From an uncultured Chthonomonadaceae bacterium (GTDB lineage: Bacteria; Armatimonadota; Chthonomonadetes; Chthonomonadales; Chthonomonadaceae), in assembly GCA_963817895.1 (NCBI GenBank), contig CAWFQB010000014.1, positions 704,001 through 768,000 of the forward strand: a DNA stretch of 64,000 nt, given 5' to 3'. Below the pieces are notes generated by a model. That model was not told where the DNA came from and ran no database searches. It worked only from the letters and a program-made list of their open reading frames with translations. Both the position numbers and the translations under genes were made by a program. Every line of letters begins with the position of its first letter. Within the stretch, counting starts at the first letter, position 1. Positions 40,370 through 51,470 of this stretch are shown one piece after another.

Positions 40370-41773
40370 TTGAAGAAAATAGACGAGCCGTTTTCAGAGC
40401 GGCAACGGCTGATGACCGTGCGGCAGGATGTGATGGAGGTAGCAAAGCAAATCCGCGCCAATCTTGCCCCGAACAGAGCGGCGGAACTGCGCGCGGTTCT
40501 GGAAACGTACCATCCCGCCGACCTTGCCGACGCCATGCTGTTTATGAGCGAGCAGGAGGATACCGCCGTTTTTCAGGCGCTCGGCACGGAAGAGGCCGCC
40601 GAAGTTCTGGACGAGGTAGACCCGGCGACGGAAGCCCGTCTGATCGGCGTCACCAACCCGGATCGTCTCGCGGATATGCTGGAATATCTTGCGCCTGACG
40701 AGGGCGCGGATGTTGTCGGCAGAATGGGACGCGAGGCCGCCGATCAGGTTTTAACTCTCACGGATACGGATACGGCGCGGGAAATCCGCTCGCTTCTCGC
40801 CTACCCGAAAGATACCGCAGGCGGCATCATGTCGCTGGGCTACGTGGATGTATTGGACACGGCAACGCAGGCGGACGCTATCGCCCGGTTCCGCGATAAG
40901 CAGGACGCCGAGCATATCTTTTATGTCTATGTCATAAACGCGAAGGGCGGGCTTGTGGGTTCGGTAGACTTGCGGACGCTGCTTGTCGCCGCCCCGACAA
41001 CACCCCTGCGTGATCTGATGTGCAGGGAGGTCGTGACCGTTACGCCGGATTGCGATCAGGAACAGGTTGCCCATGTTTTTGCCCGTTATGACCTGACCGC
41101 CCTGCCCGTCGTCAGCGCCCGCCCGGAACACAAACTTTTAGGCGTCATTACCTCCGACGACATCATTGACGTAATTCAGGAAGAGGCGGCGGAGGACGTG
41201 GCGCACATGTCCGGTTCCGACGCGCAGGAACTGGAAAACAAATCCCCTGTACAGGTGGCGAAACTGCGCCTGCCGTGGATCATGGCGACCCTGCTCATCG
41301 AACTGCTGGCGGGCTTCGTGATTCACTATTTCGACGTGACGCTCACGAAGTATATTCTGCTGGCCTCCTTCATGCCCATTATTTCCGCCATCTCCGGCAA
41401 CACGGGCCTGCAATCCGCCGCCATTATCATTCGAGGATTGTCCAGTGGGCATGTTCAGCTTGCCCACTGGAAACACGCGGTCATACGCCAGATGGCAACA
41501 ACATCTATTTTGGGCGGAGCCTGCGCGCTGACGTTAGGCATCATCGGAGCGGTGTGGGACAAACACTGGGCGTTCGGCCTAACGGTCTTCCTCGGTATGT
41601 TTATGGCGGTCAACATCGCGGGCGTGGTCGGCACGGTGGTTCCCCTGCTTTCCAAGCGGGCGGGTTTCGATCCAGCGCTCACGGCAGGCCCGTTCGAGAC
41701 GGCCTTTCAGGACGTTATCGGCATCAGCATTTTCCTGAGCCTCGCTTCCCTTCTGCTCCACTGGCTGCGGTAA
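40370..41773 (+). CDS. mgtE: Magnesium transporter MgtE
   Basis: HPADLAD, TAGGIM CBS pair, RLPW, GNTGLQS and DPALTAGPF...D motifs. Confidence 0.95.
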   Translation: MKKIDEPFSERQRLMTVRQDVMEVAKQIRANLAPNRAAELRAVLETYHPADLADAMLFMSEQEDTAVFQALGTEEAAEVLDEVDPATEARLIGVTNPDRLADMLEYLAPDEGADVVGRMGREAADQVLTLTDTDTAREIRSLLAYPKDTAGGIMSLGYVDVLDTATQADAIARFRDKQDAEHIFYVYVINAKGGLVGSVDLRTLLVAAPTTPLRDLMCREVVTVTPDCDQEQVAHVFARYDLTALPVVSARPEHKLLGVITSDDIIDVIQEEAAEDVAHMSGSDAQELENKSPVQVAKLRLPWIMATLLIELLAGFVIHYFDVTLTKYILLASFMPIISAISGNTGLQSAAIIIRGLSSGHVQLAHWKHAVIRQMATTSILGGACALTLGIIGAVWDKHWAFGLTVFLGMFMAVNIAGVVGTVVPLLSKRAGFDPALTAGPFETAFQDVIGISIFLSLASLLLHWLR

Positions 41774-41777
41774 AAGA

Positions 41778-43046
41778 ATGAAGCACGTTGTTCACGTCAA
41801 TGCCCACCCGGACGCGCGCCCGACGCCACTATGGGGGCGGGTTCCTCGCCATGAGTGGCCTCTGCTGTTCGCCATCTTCCTCGATCTGGCGGGCTTCGGG
41901 ATGCTGCTGCCGGATGTGCAGACCCGGCTGGAAGCGTTCGGGGCGCGGGGCTGGCAGATAGGCGGCGTGTTTACGGCTTATTTTCTGGTTCAGATGCTAT
42001 GTTCGCCTGCATGGGGACAGTTGAGTGACCGCATAGGCCGCAAGCCTATTCTTATCGCGTGTGGCCTGTTGTCGGCTGGTTCCATGCTGGTCTACGCTTT
42101 GGCGCATGGCATCGGTTGGGTGCTGGCAAGCCGTATTCTGGCAGGCTTTGGCGGCGCGAACGTCGTGGTGGCACAGGCGTACCTTGCCGACGCGACGGAC
42201 GAGCCGAACCGCGCAGCGGCGATGGGGCGTATGGGGGCCGCAACCACAGGGGGGCTGATCCTCGGCCCCGCGCTTGGCGGTTGGCTGGCGGCGCAGGGGA
42301 GTAATGTTCTGGTGGGCGGGGTTGCCGCAAGCGCGTCGGCGATTGGGGCCTTATGGATTTGGGTGAGCGTTCCGCGTGACGCGCGCCCGGAAAACAGAGT
42401 AAAGCCGCGCGGGAAGTTCTTCGACCTGTCTTTGCTGCGAGACACGCGTGCCCTCCGGCCTTTGTTTGTCGTGGCGGCTCTTGCGTTTTTTGTGCTGGCC
42501 TGTCTGGAAGGGACGTTCGGACGCCTGATTCGGCACAAGTTGGGATACGGCCCGAAAGAGTTCGGCTTGATCTTCGGGTACGAAGCGCTGTTGAGCGTTG
42601 TTGTTCAGGGTGTGCTGCTGGACAGGATTTCGCATCGGCTTGCGCCGTCCCTGCTGCTGCGGCTGGCCTATCTGCTGCAAGGCGTCGGTTTGGCGTTGAT
42701 GCCGTTCATGCCCAATTTGTTCGCGCTTTTCGGGGCCAGTACGCTGTTTGCTATTGGCACGGCCTGCGCCAATCCAACCCTCAACACCTTATGCAGCGAG
42801 GCCACGCCCCTGCCCCGTCAGGGCGAGATGTTCGGCCTGCTGCAATCCACACGCTCACTCGGTTTTTTGATTGGTCCCTTGCTTGGCGGCGCGCTGTTCG
42901 ACTGGCGTTCCGAAGCCCCCTACCTGCTGGCAGGCATTGTGTCTGTTGGCGTTGCCCTTGTCGCCGCCCGGAACGTCACAGGGAGAACAGAAAATACAGT
43001 CGTTCAGCCTCAGAGCCAACAGGAGGCGCAGGATGAACAACCGTGA
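41778..43046 (+). CDS. MFS transporter (TetA/DHA1-like)
   Basis: GQLSDRIGRKP motif A, AYLAD, GPALGG. Confidence 0.92.
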   Translation: MKHVVHVNAHPDARPTPLWGRVPRHEWPLLFAIFLDLAGFGMLLPDVQTRLEAFGARGWQIGGVFTAYFLVQMLCSPAWGQLSDRIGRKPILIACGLLSAGSMLVYALAHGIGWVLASRILAGFGGANVVVAQAYLADATDEPNRAAAMGRMGAATTGGLILGPALGGWLAAQGSNVLVGGVAASASAIGALWIWVSVPRDARPENRVKPRGKFFDLSLLRDTRALRPLFVVAALAFFVLACLEGTFGRLIRHKLGYGPKEFGLIFGYEALLSVVVQGVLLDRISHRLAPSLLLRLAYLLQGVGLALMPFMPNLFALFGASTLFAIGTACANPTLNTLCSEATPLPRQGEMFGLLQSTRSLGFLIGPLLGGALFDWRSEAPYLLAGIVSVGVALVAARNVTGRTENTVVQPQSQQEAQDEQP

Positions 43047-43090
43047 GGCGCTACGAGACGATGGCAAATATCCGAAGCGCCAATACTTAA

Positions 43091-43119
43091 TTCACGCTAG
43101 ACCTTGACTGTGGTAAAAT
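43091..43119 (+). promoter_or_regulatory. Sigma70-type promoter of the copper cluster leader
   Basis: TTCACG-17 nt-TAAAAT with extended -10 TG. Confidence 0.55.
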
Positions 43120-43160
43120 GAATTAGCAACATCCATCGTTCCACTTCCGTATAGGAACTT

Positions 43161-43601
43161 ATGATCGCAACGCGACACATAATTCGGCATCTGGCAATTT
43201 GGCTGCTACTGGCGTTTCCAACGCTGGCAGCCTGTACGCCTGCTCTTGCCTCCTGCAAGGACAAAGCCGAAACCGCCCCGATGGCGAAGGCGTGTTGCGT
43301 CACCCATCCTGCGGCCTGCGCCTGCCTTTCCCCGCGCGGCGATACTTCGCGCAGCGCGGCCCACTCCGGCAGTTGCCATGTAGGGGATTGTCCCTGCGCC
43401 GTTACGCCTGCGCCGGAGCAAACTCGTGTTCCGCAGGCGGTTGCTGTCGTGGCGTTTTCTCCGGTCATCCTCACTGCCGCGCCGGAGTTCGTGTTCCACT
43501 CGGTTTCGCGACAAAGGCTTCCTGCCACTGCCTTCAGCCAATTTTCACAGCGCATTGCGCGTTCTTCCGCCTCGCCTCGCGCCCCGCCTTTGCAGGGATG
43601 A
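43161..43601 (+). CDS. Cys/His-rich exported leader protein ending in RAPP (DUF2946/CruR/CutF-like)
   Basis: Signal peptide, CC/CxC clusters, C-terminal SPRAPPLQG; lies upstream of a multicopper oxidase. Confidence 0.7.
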   Translation: MIATRHIIRHLAIWLLLAFPTLAACTPALASCKDKAETAPMAKACCVTHPAACACLSPRGDTSRSAAHSGSCHVGDCPCAVTPAPEQTRVPQAVAVVAFSPVILTAAPEFVFHSVSRQRLPATAFSQFSQRIARSSASPRAPPLQG

Positions 43602-43823
43602 GTTTGACTCCGTCTGCCCCAAAGCAGCCCGGATACAGCGTCAACGCACCCCGAAAAAGGCATGTCTCCTTTTCCCCAATTTGTTATGTGTTTCGTTACG
43701 CCTTTTTGATGGCGTTGGCTTTTGTCGCCACGTTGTTTCTGCTTTCCCCTTTATAAGGAAAGCCGGAAACAGCCGTTGATGACATAGCGGCAACCGTACG
43801 CCTGCCGCCTTGCCATAAGGATT

Positions 43824-45143
43824 ATGAAGTTGAAAAATACGAATACGGAAGATACCAAACAGGTGGGACGCCGCAAGTTTTTGTCCCGGCTGGCAGGATT
43901 GGCGGGAGCCTTCGGCGTTGGCGCGGGATTGGACGCGCAGCCCGCGCAGGGACAGGCAGCGGTCGTCAATCCCGCCGCGCCCAAAACCGACACGACTGCC
44001 GTGCCTGTGGAAAACACGCGGCATAGCGGCTGGCCCTCGCAGTTGATTGTCAACGAAACCGCGCCCAAATGGAACCCGCGCGACATGCCCAAACCGGGTG
44101 ACAAGATCCATGAGTTCAACATCGAAGTCACCATCGAGAAAATCGAAATGTTGCCGCTGGAAGAGCACCACTTCTATACGTTCAACAAAACGCTGCCCGG
44201 TCCCGGAAATCCGGGTAACAGAGGGCGATTGGGTCAAGGTCAACCTGACCAACAAGACCCATGACTTTCACACCATCCACTGGCACGGCATGTATGTCCC
44301 GTGCGAAATGGACGGCGTGCCGTTGGGAACGCAATACCCGGTCGGCTACGGGCAGACGTTCACGTATCTGTGGAGAGCGCAGCCGGCGGGAACCCACTTC
44401 TACCACTGCCACAACATGACCAACATGCACATTCAGGCCGGACTGTACGGTTCGCTCATCATCGAGCCTGCGGAACGAGGACATTGTGCAGAAAACGTTT
44501 CCCTATGACCGCGAATACACGCTGGTATCTGAGCGAAGTGGATACGGACTTTCTGCGCGAACAGATGAACGAGATGCTGGCGATGGGCGCGACGATGGAC
44601 GCCATGAACGGCTCCACCAAACTGATGTCCAAAGATGAACGGGCACATGATGGGCTGGTTCGCGGACAAGGAGGAGTTCGTCAAGGCCACCAAAAGCGGC
44701 TGGGTGCCGCCCTACCACCGCGCCCGTACCGGGCAGGGCAATGCGGATCGAGCCGAACTTCTTCATGATCAACGGCAGGCCCTATCCGATGACCGAACAC
44801 CTGCACATCAAGCGCGGCGAGAATATCCGCGTCCGGCTCATCAATGCGGGCATGCTGCCCCACAACATGCACCTGCACGGCCACGACTTCTGGCATGTCT
44901 GCAGGACGGCTCGCCGCTTGCCTCGCCGGTTCGCATGAACACCGTGCCGGTCAACCCGGGCAGCACAGCCGATATTGTGATACAGGGAACCAATCCCGGC
45001 GCGCTGGCACTTCCACGACCACAGCGACATCAGCACTGATGAACAACGGCGTGTCGCCCGGCGGCATGATGACGATGCTGATGTACGAGGACGCCGAAGA
45101 AGCGGGCTTCAAGTTCAAGGAAATCATCGCGACAAACTCGTAA
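43824..45143 (+). CDS. Tat-exported two-domain multicopper oxidase; several frameshifts
   Basis: RRKFL Tat motif, HTIHWHG, HFYHCH, HNMHLHGH and WHFHDH. Confidence 0.88.
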
Positions 45144-45239
45144 GCCGACGTGAGGCCCGTTCTCTCCATCTTGGGAGAAGGGGCGAGGGGTTGAGGGCGA
45201 TTACCAACAGGCAAGATGACAAATACAAGGAGACAGGGC

Positions 45240-46471
45240 TTGAAGAAGAACCGACACGGAGCGGCGTTGCTGGCGCTTGCCGCCGCGCTCCTCCCCGGCA
45301 TGGCGCAGGGACAGGCGCAGCAGACGCCCATCCCGGAGCAGCCGAGCGTTGCCCCGCAGATCGAACTGGACGGCACGGGCATCGGCACACTGGAGTACCA
45401 TTCGCCGCGCATCACGCTTGCCCGGCGGCGCGCGTTCCAGCACCAGCCGGATCAATGTATCCGACTCGGCGCTGCTGTTGGGCATTTCGGAGCGGCTGGC
45501 GCGCAAGGGCGGCATCGGCAGTTTCGTGGTGGGCCTGACCTCCACGGAATCGAACCGCGCGCCCAGCGGCACGGATGCGTTTCTGCACCAGTTGTATCTG
45601 AACTACCAGACCAACAAACTGGAAGCCTATATCGGGCGCACGGATACAGGGACGCGGCTTGTGGATTTCCCGACTGTGCGCGGCGACGATCTGAACGAGT
45701 TCGTCAACGTGCTGGACCCGTTTTCCAACGGCAACAACATACAGGAGCATCGCTATACCAATCAGGCAACGGTCGTGCTGCATGGCAGTCTGCGCTCGTC
45801 GCTGAACTTTCATGCGCAAAACCTGATTACGTCCACGCCTTCCTCAGTCGGACAGGGAGGCATCAATTCTACGGCATCGCCTACCAGTATCAGGAACTGG
45901 CGGCGCTGGAAGCGCTGAAAAAGGTGCCGTTGTGGGGCGCGGGCTTTGAGCGGCAGGTCGCTCGGCAGGGGCGAGGGCGGCGCGTCGAACGTCTTTTACG
46001 GCGGCCTCGTTTACAACATCGCGCCCGATCCGGTAGACCGCATCGACCTGCGCGTTCAGGACTACTATGCGTTCGGCAACGATACGCGCGCCTTCGGCAG
46101 CGTGACGGATACCTTTCGGGGGGATGGCAACACGGTGGCGGTATCGCTGCGCTATCTGCATAGCCCGTTCGGGGTTCCCGGCTATCAGGTATCGCTCACG
46201 GCAGGCTATAAAACCTACAACAAGGTACGCGACGGCGAACACCTTCGGGCTGGCGCTCACGGGCGTGAAGCGACTGGGCAGCGGCTTCGATCTGGTCATG
46301 CAGTACCAGTACCAGAATCGGCAGTCGGCATATGCAAGCGCGTACAGCGGCGTGAGAGACGAACATTCCATGCAGGTCGGCTTTGTCTTCAACTTCAACA
46401 ACACGTTCAACAAGCATCTGGGGCCGCGCCGCTCCCTGTTGAACTTGCAGCATCAGTACATTCCGGATTAA
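45240..46471 (+). CDS. Putative outer-membrane beta-barrel protein; several frameshifts
   Basis: Signal peptide and amphipathic beta-strand pattern across frames; AGGAGA RBS. Confidence 0.65.
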
Positions 46472-46495
46472 GAACAACACTGTTCGAAGAAAACA

Positions 46496-46567
46496 TTGTA
46501 GGGGCGTTGCTTGCTGCGCCCAACATGGTATATGCGAGCGTGGGCGCAGCAAGCAGCGCCCCTACAA
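46496..46567. repeat. GTAG-type REP doublet
   Basis: TTGTAGGGGCGTTGCTTGCTGCGCCCA ... TGGGCGCAGCAAGCAGCGCCCCTACAA; first arm identical to 5305-5328. Confidence 0.88.
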
Positions 46568-46626
46568 CATTGTTATTGAGTGATGAGTCGGCTTGTTTGA
46601 ACGGACAGCGCGAAAGCGAGAAAACC

Positions 46627-47593
46627 ATGAACATGCAATACAGACACAAACCCATTCGCCATACGATGAGCGTAACAGCACTAGCGCTCGGCATGACGCT
46701 GCTCGTCGCCTTTGCGGGGGCGCAGGAGGTTGCGGGAGGAGCCGCGACAAAGGGGGATCGCGCCTACAAAGGGGCGATGCGGGAAATGCCGCGCCTCAAA
46801 GAGGCGGGCGTCGTAACCGTCAAGGGCGATGAGAACTGGGATGACATGCTCGGTTTCGGCAAAGATCCGATATGGCAGAGATGATGACGCTGATGATGGT
46901 GGGCGGTTCCGGCATGGAACACATGAAGATGGCGCCCATGCAGACCCGGCATGAAAATGGACATGAAGAGCATGCAGGGCATGAAGAGGGATAAGAGCAA
47001 GATGAAGGGCATGGCAATGGCGGATAAAACCATGAAGAACGTTCCCGGCGCGTCCGGGGAAAAGATGCCGGACACGTCAGCGCAGAACAAGCCGAAGCCC
47101 GACAACGCGCCGCAAAAACCGGATGCGCCTGCCGTAGCGTCAATCGCCCCTACTCCCGCCAAGCCAACCGTAGACGATAAAGCGCCTGCAAAAGCGGTGG
47201 ATACGGCAAAGGCAGCGGATACGGTCAAGGCGACACCCGCGCCGGATACCGCAAAGCCCGCCGGAGACAAAACGGCGACCGCGCAAACGCCGGGTTACAA
47301 AGTTGATGCTGAACACGGCTTCCAATGCCGTTAAAGTGGGCAAGAACATGCTGGACGTGACGGTTCTTGATCCCGACGGCAAACCTGTGACTGGCGCGAA
47401 GGTGACGGCTGCCGTAGAAATGACCAGTATGGACATGGGCGTGACGCGCCCGAAAGCGAAAGGGGACAAGGCCGGTCATTACCTTTCCGAAGTCACGTTC
47501 AGCATGAAAGGTCCGTGGCGCGTCACCATGACCGTCACGCCGCCCAAACAGAAGCCGTTCACCAAAGCGCTCGACTTCAACGTGCCGAAGTAG
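46627..47593 (+). CDS. Exported Met-rich protein with C-terminal FixH/YtkA-like domain; frameshifts
   Basis: Signal peptide, Met-rich tract, Ala/Pro/Lys linker, GKPVTGAKV...MTSMDMG...FSMKGPW. Confidence 0.75.
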
Positions 47594-47735
47594 CCGCACG
47601 GATGTGGCGAGTTCGCGGCGCGAAGGGAAATCAGTTCTGTTCGCGCCGCATACGACACGGAAAACAATGTCACAGCGAACGGCACAGGCCGTTTTGTTGA
47701 TAGTAAGAGGCGAAAATGTCTCGAAAGGAAGCAAC

Positions 47736-48032
47736 ATGAAACACTTGATTCTCACGCTCACCGCATTGACCGTTATCGCGGCGGCGGCGGTTGCCAGTCC
47801 CTATCAGGACAAAACTCCCAAGCCCGCCAAAACAAACACAAAGGTGACCAAAACCGCGCTGATCTGTCCCGTCACAGGCGAAAAGATCGCGTCGGCGAAA
47901 GAAGCCGTCGGCCACAGCGCGTATAAGGGCAAGACGTACTACTTCTGCTGCCCCATGTGCAAGCCGAAGTTCGACAAAGCCCCTGCCAAATATGTGAAGA
48001 ACGCGAAGATGGGCAAGTTCGAGAAGATGTAG
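47736..48032 (+). CDS. Exported YHS-domain metal-binding protein
   Basis: CPVTG...YKGKTYYFCCPMCKPKF; signal peptide. Confidence 0.9.
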   Translation: MKHLILTLTALTVIAAAAVASPYQDKTPKPAKTNTKVTKTALICPVTGEKIASAKEAVGHSAYKGKTYYFCCPMCKPKFDKAPAKYVKNAKMGKFEKM

Positions 48033-48056
48033 GCACAACAGCTACAGAATGACTGG

Positions 48057-48096
48057 CAACGCGGTGAGGGGAGATTTCCCTCACCGCGTTGTTTTT
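48057..48096 (+). terminator. Intrinsic terminator
   Basis: CAACGCGGTGAGGG-loop-CCCTCACCGCGTTG followed by TTTTT. Confidence 0.85.
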
Positions 48097-48232
48097 GTGG
48101 CACACAATGCTGCGCTGTATGCCGCCCTTTACGTCGGAATATAAGTGAAACACGGCAAGTTCTGGAGGTTACTCTATTGTCAGGGAGATTCATGGGAACT
48201 ATACTCTCCTGCCATGCGTCTGTTATATAGGC

Positions 48233-48251
48233 TATACCCCTATGGGGTATA
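48233..48251. promoter_or_regulatory. CsoR-type operator
   Basis: Palindrome TATACCCC-TAT-GGGGTATA directly upstream of csoR. Confidence 0.85.
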
Positions 48252-48266
48252 CAAGTAGGAGGATAC

Positions 48267-48548
48267 ATGGCCGTCAAAGAGGAGTCGAAAGAGGATGTGC
48301 TGCGCCGCCTGAACCGCATTGAGGGGCAGGTAAAGGGGCTAAAGCGGTTGGTAGAAGAGGATACCTACTGCGTGGACGTGATGACGCAGATTTCCGCCAT
48401 CCATGAAGCGCTGCGCGGGGCCGGCAAAATCCTGATGCGGAACCACTTGCAGCATTGCGTGACGGACGCGCTTCGTGACGGCGATGAGGACAAGGCCGAA
48501 AAGACCTATCAGGAAATGATGGACTTGATTTACAAGTTTGCGAAGTAG
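48267..48548 (+). CDS. csoR: Copper-sensing repressor CsoR
   Basis: [18 protein letters not shown] ligands; lies upstream of copA. Confidence 0.92.
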   Translation: MAVKEESKEDVLRRLNRIEGQVKGLKRLVEEDTYCVDVMTQISAIHEALRGAGKILMRNHLQHCVTDALRDGDEDKAEKTYQEMMDLIYKFAK

Positions 48549-48583
48549 CCCTTTGTTGGGTTGTTTGGGAAAGTGAGCGAGAA

Positions 48584-51377
48584 ATGACTGTAGATACGAT
48601 TGCCGTATTGACAGGTGGGGTTGGCCTGATCGCGTTTCTGGCGTGGTTCTTCTTTGGGAAGCGGGAGAGCAAACGCGCCGAAACAAAGGCCGGGGTTCAG
48701 GAAATCACCATACGGGTAGAAGGAACCTATCAGCCCGATCACATACAGGTACAGGCCAGGGTTCCGGTACGCTTGAAGTTCGACCGTCAGGAAACAGTAG
48801 GATGTTCAGAGCGGGTCGTATTCCCTGATTTTCAGATCAACCGGGAACTGCCTGCCTTTCAAACCACAACCGTAGAGTTTACGCCGGACAAACCCGGCAC
48901 GTATGCGTTCGCCTGCGGTATGAACATGTACCGAGGCCAACTCATCGTAACTCCGGCGGCGCAGCCCGCCACAGTCAGCAACGGCAAGACGGATACGCCC
49001 ACTCCTGCCGTTCCTGCGGGTCAAACGCAACTGTTGCCTGAACGCTGCGACCTGACCATTACAGGGATGCATTGCGCCTCCTGCGTCGGGCGCGTGGAAA
49101 AGGCGATTCAACGAGTGCCGGGGGTTCACGATGTGACCGTGAACCTGCTGGCCGAACGCGCCGCCGTTACCTTCGACCGGAACCAAACTAGGCCGGAAGA
49201 CGTGATTACGGCTGTAAACGAGGCGGGCTACAACGCGAGCATGGCGCATCTGGATCATTTTGAACCGACTTCCGATACCGCGCCGACGCTGCTGACACAT
49301 CATTCGACCGAAGCGCAGGAACTCAGGCGTCGCTTCCTGATTGCGCTGGCGCTGACAATTCCCGTTCTGGTCATGGGAATGGGGCCGCACCTCGGATTGT
49401 TTCCGATGCGCTGGACAATGCAGTCCTGGTGGAACTGGGCGCAATTGATTCTGACAACTCCTGTTTTGTTTTGGGCAGGAAGCGGATTCTTTCGGGGCGC
49501 GTGGGCCGCGCTGAAACAGCGGGCAAGCGACATGAACACCCTGATCGTCGTCGGCACATTCGCCGCCTACGCCTATTCGCTGGCCGTCACGGTTGCGCCT
49601 CGCTTCTTTGCTGTGAAAGGCGTGAACAGCGGCGTGTATTTCGAGACGGCAGCCGTGATCATGACGCTGATTCTGATGGGGCGACTGCTGGAAGCGCGGG
49701 CGAAACGCGGCACGGGAACCGCCATTGAAAAACTGATCGGCTTGCAGCCCAAAACGGCGCGGGTTGTCACAAACGGGCAGGAAGCGGACGTGCCGCTTGC
49801 CGAAGTGCGAGTCGGCGATCGTTTGCTGGTGCGTCCCGGCGAGAAAGTGCCGGTTGACGGCGTACTGGTATCCGGGCAATCGTGGGTGGACGAGAGTATG
49901 CTGACGGGCGAAAGCCTGCCGGTGGAGAAGAAAGAGGGCGCGAACGTGACGGGCGCAACGCTCAATCAGCGCGGCGCGTTTACGATGGAAGCGCAAACGG
50001 GTCGGCAAGCGATACCGTTCTGGCGCAGATCGTGCGACTGGTCGAGCAGGCGCAGGGCAGCCGCGCGCCCATTCAGCGACTGGCGGATGTGATTACCGGT
50101 TATTTCGTTCCCGTCGTCCTGATGCTCGCCGTCGCTACCTTTGTCGGCTGGTATGCTATTGGGGCCGGAACCGAAGTTTTCTGCACGCGCTGCTGGCGTT
50201 TGTTGCCGTTCTGATTATCGCCTGCCCGTGCGCGTTGGGACTGGCAACGCCAACCGCGATTATGGTGGGAACCGGCAGGGGGGCGCAGATGGGCGTTCTC
50301 ATCAAGGACGCCGAAGCGCTGGAAACCCTGCACGGCGTCAAACCGTCGTCCTGGACAAGACCGGAACTATCACTGAAGGCAAGCCCGCGCTTACAGATAT
50401 AATTCCTGCGCCGGGAATTACGGAAACCGAACTGCTGCGATTGGCGGCATCAGTCGAGCGCGGCAGCGAACATCCGCTCGCAAGCGCGATTGTCGCCGCA
50501 GCGCAAAATCGGCACATTCAACTATCGGAAGCTACGTGGTTTCAGGCGATTGCCGGACGCGGCGTAGAAGCGCGGCTAGACGCCCATGACGTACTGATTG
50601 GCAACGTCGCGCTGTTGTGGGAGCGAAACATAGACGCTGCTTTGTTCGCGTCGGAAATGACGCGATTGTCCGGGGAAGGCAAAACGCCGGTGCTTATGGC
50701 GCTGGACGGCAAAGCAATTGGCGTACTTGCGGTTGCCGATCCGATTAAAGCCACAACGCCCGCCGCTATTGCGCGCCTGAAGGCAATGGGTATAAGGTCG
50801 TGATGCTGACGGGCGACAACAAGAACACGGCGGAAGCGGTTGCGCGGCAGGTCGGCATCGATCGCGTGTTGCCGGAAGTCACTGCCCGCGCGCAAGGCGG
50901 AAGAGATTAAGCGATTGCAGTCTGAGGGGCAAGTGGTGGCGATGGTGGGCGACGGCATCAATGACGCGCCCGCGCTGGCGCAGGCGAATGTCGGCATCGC
51001 TATCGGCACGGGAACGGATGTTGCGATTGAAGCGGCGGATGTGGCGCTGATGCGCGGCGACTTGAACGGCGTCGCGGACGCGATCGAACTGTCGCGGGCA
51101 ACCATGCGAAACATTCGGCAGAATCTTGGCTTCGCTTTCGGCTACAATATCGCTGGGCATTCCGATTGCGGCGGGCGTTTTGTACCCGTTCACCGGCTGG
51201 CTGCTGTCTCCCATGATCGCATCAGCGGCAATGGCGATGAGCAGCGTATCGGTCGTAACCAACGCGCTGCGCCTGCGCGGATTTACGCCTTCCGGTTCCA
51301 ATAATGGTCAGCCCATAGCCGCGCAATCTTCGACAACGAAACCGGTAAATACTCGTAAGGTCAAACAGGCGGCATAG
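48584..51377 (+). CDS. copA: Cu(I)-translocating P1B ATPase with fused N-terminal cupredoxin domain and HMA; several frameshifts
   Basis: C...FACGMNM cupredoxin, [34 protein letters not shown] and MxxSS. Confidence 0.92.
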
Positions 51378-51470
51378 CTCGCTTAACGAAGATGCCGCGC
51401 GATGCGTGAGGGCGCAAAGAGATTCATCTCGTTGCGTAAAGCCAATTTTTTGTTGCGAAAATTGAGAATT

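Noticed and set aside
44160..51200. Programmed ribosomal frameshifting in the copper genes
   Set aside because: Shifts are too numerous and irregular, with no consistent slippery motifs; sequencing error is simpler.
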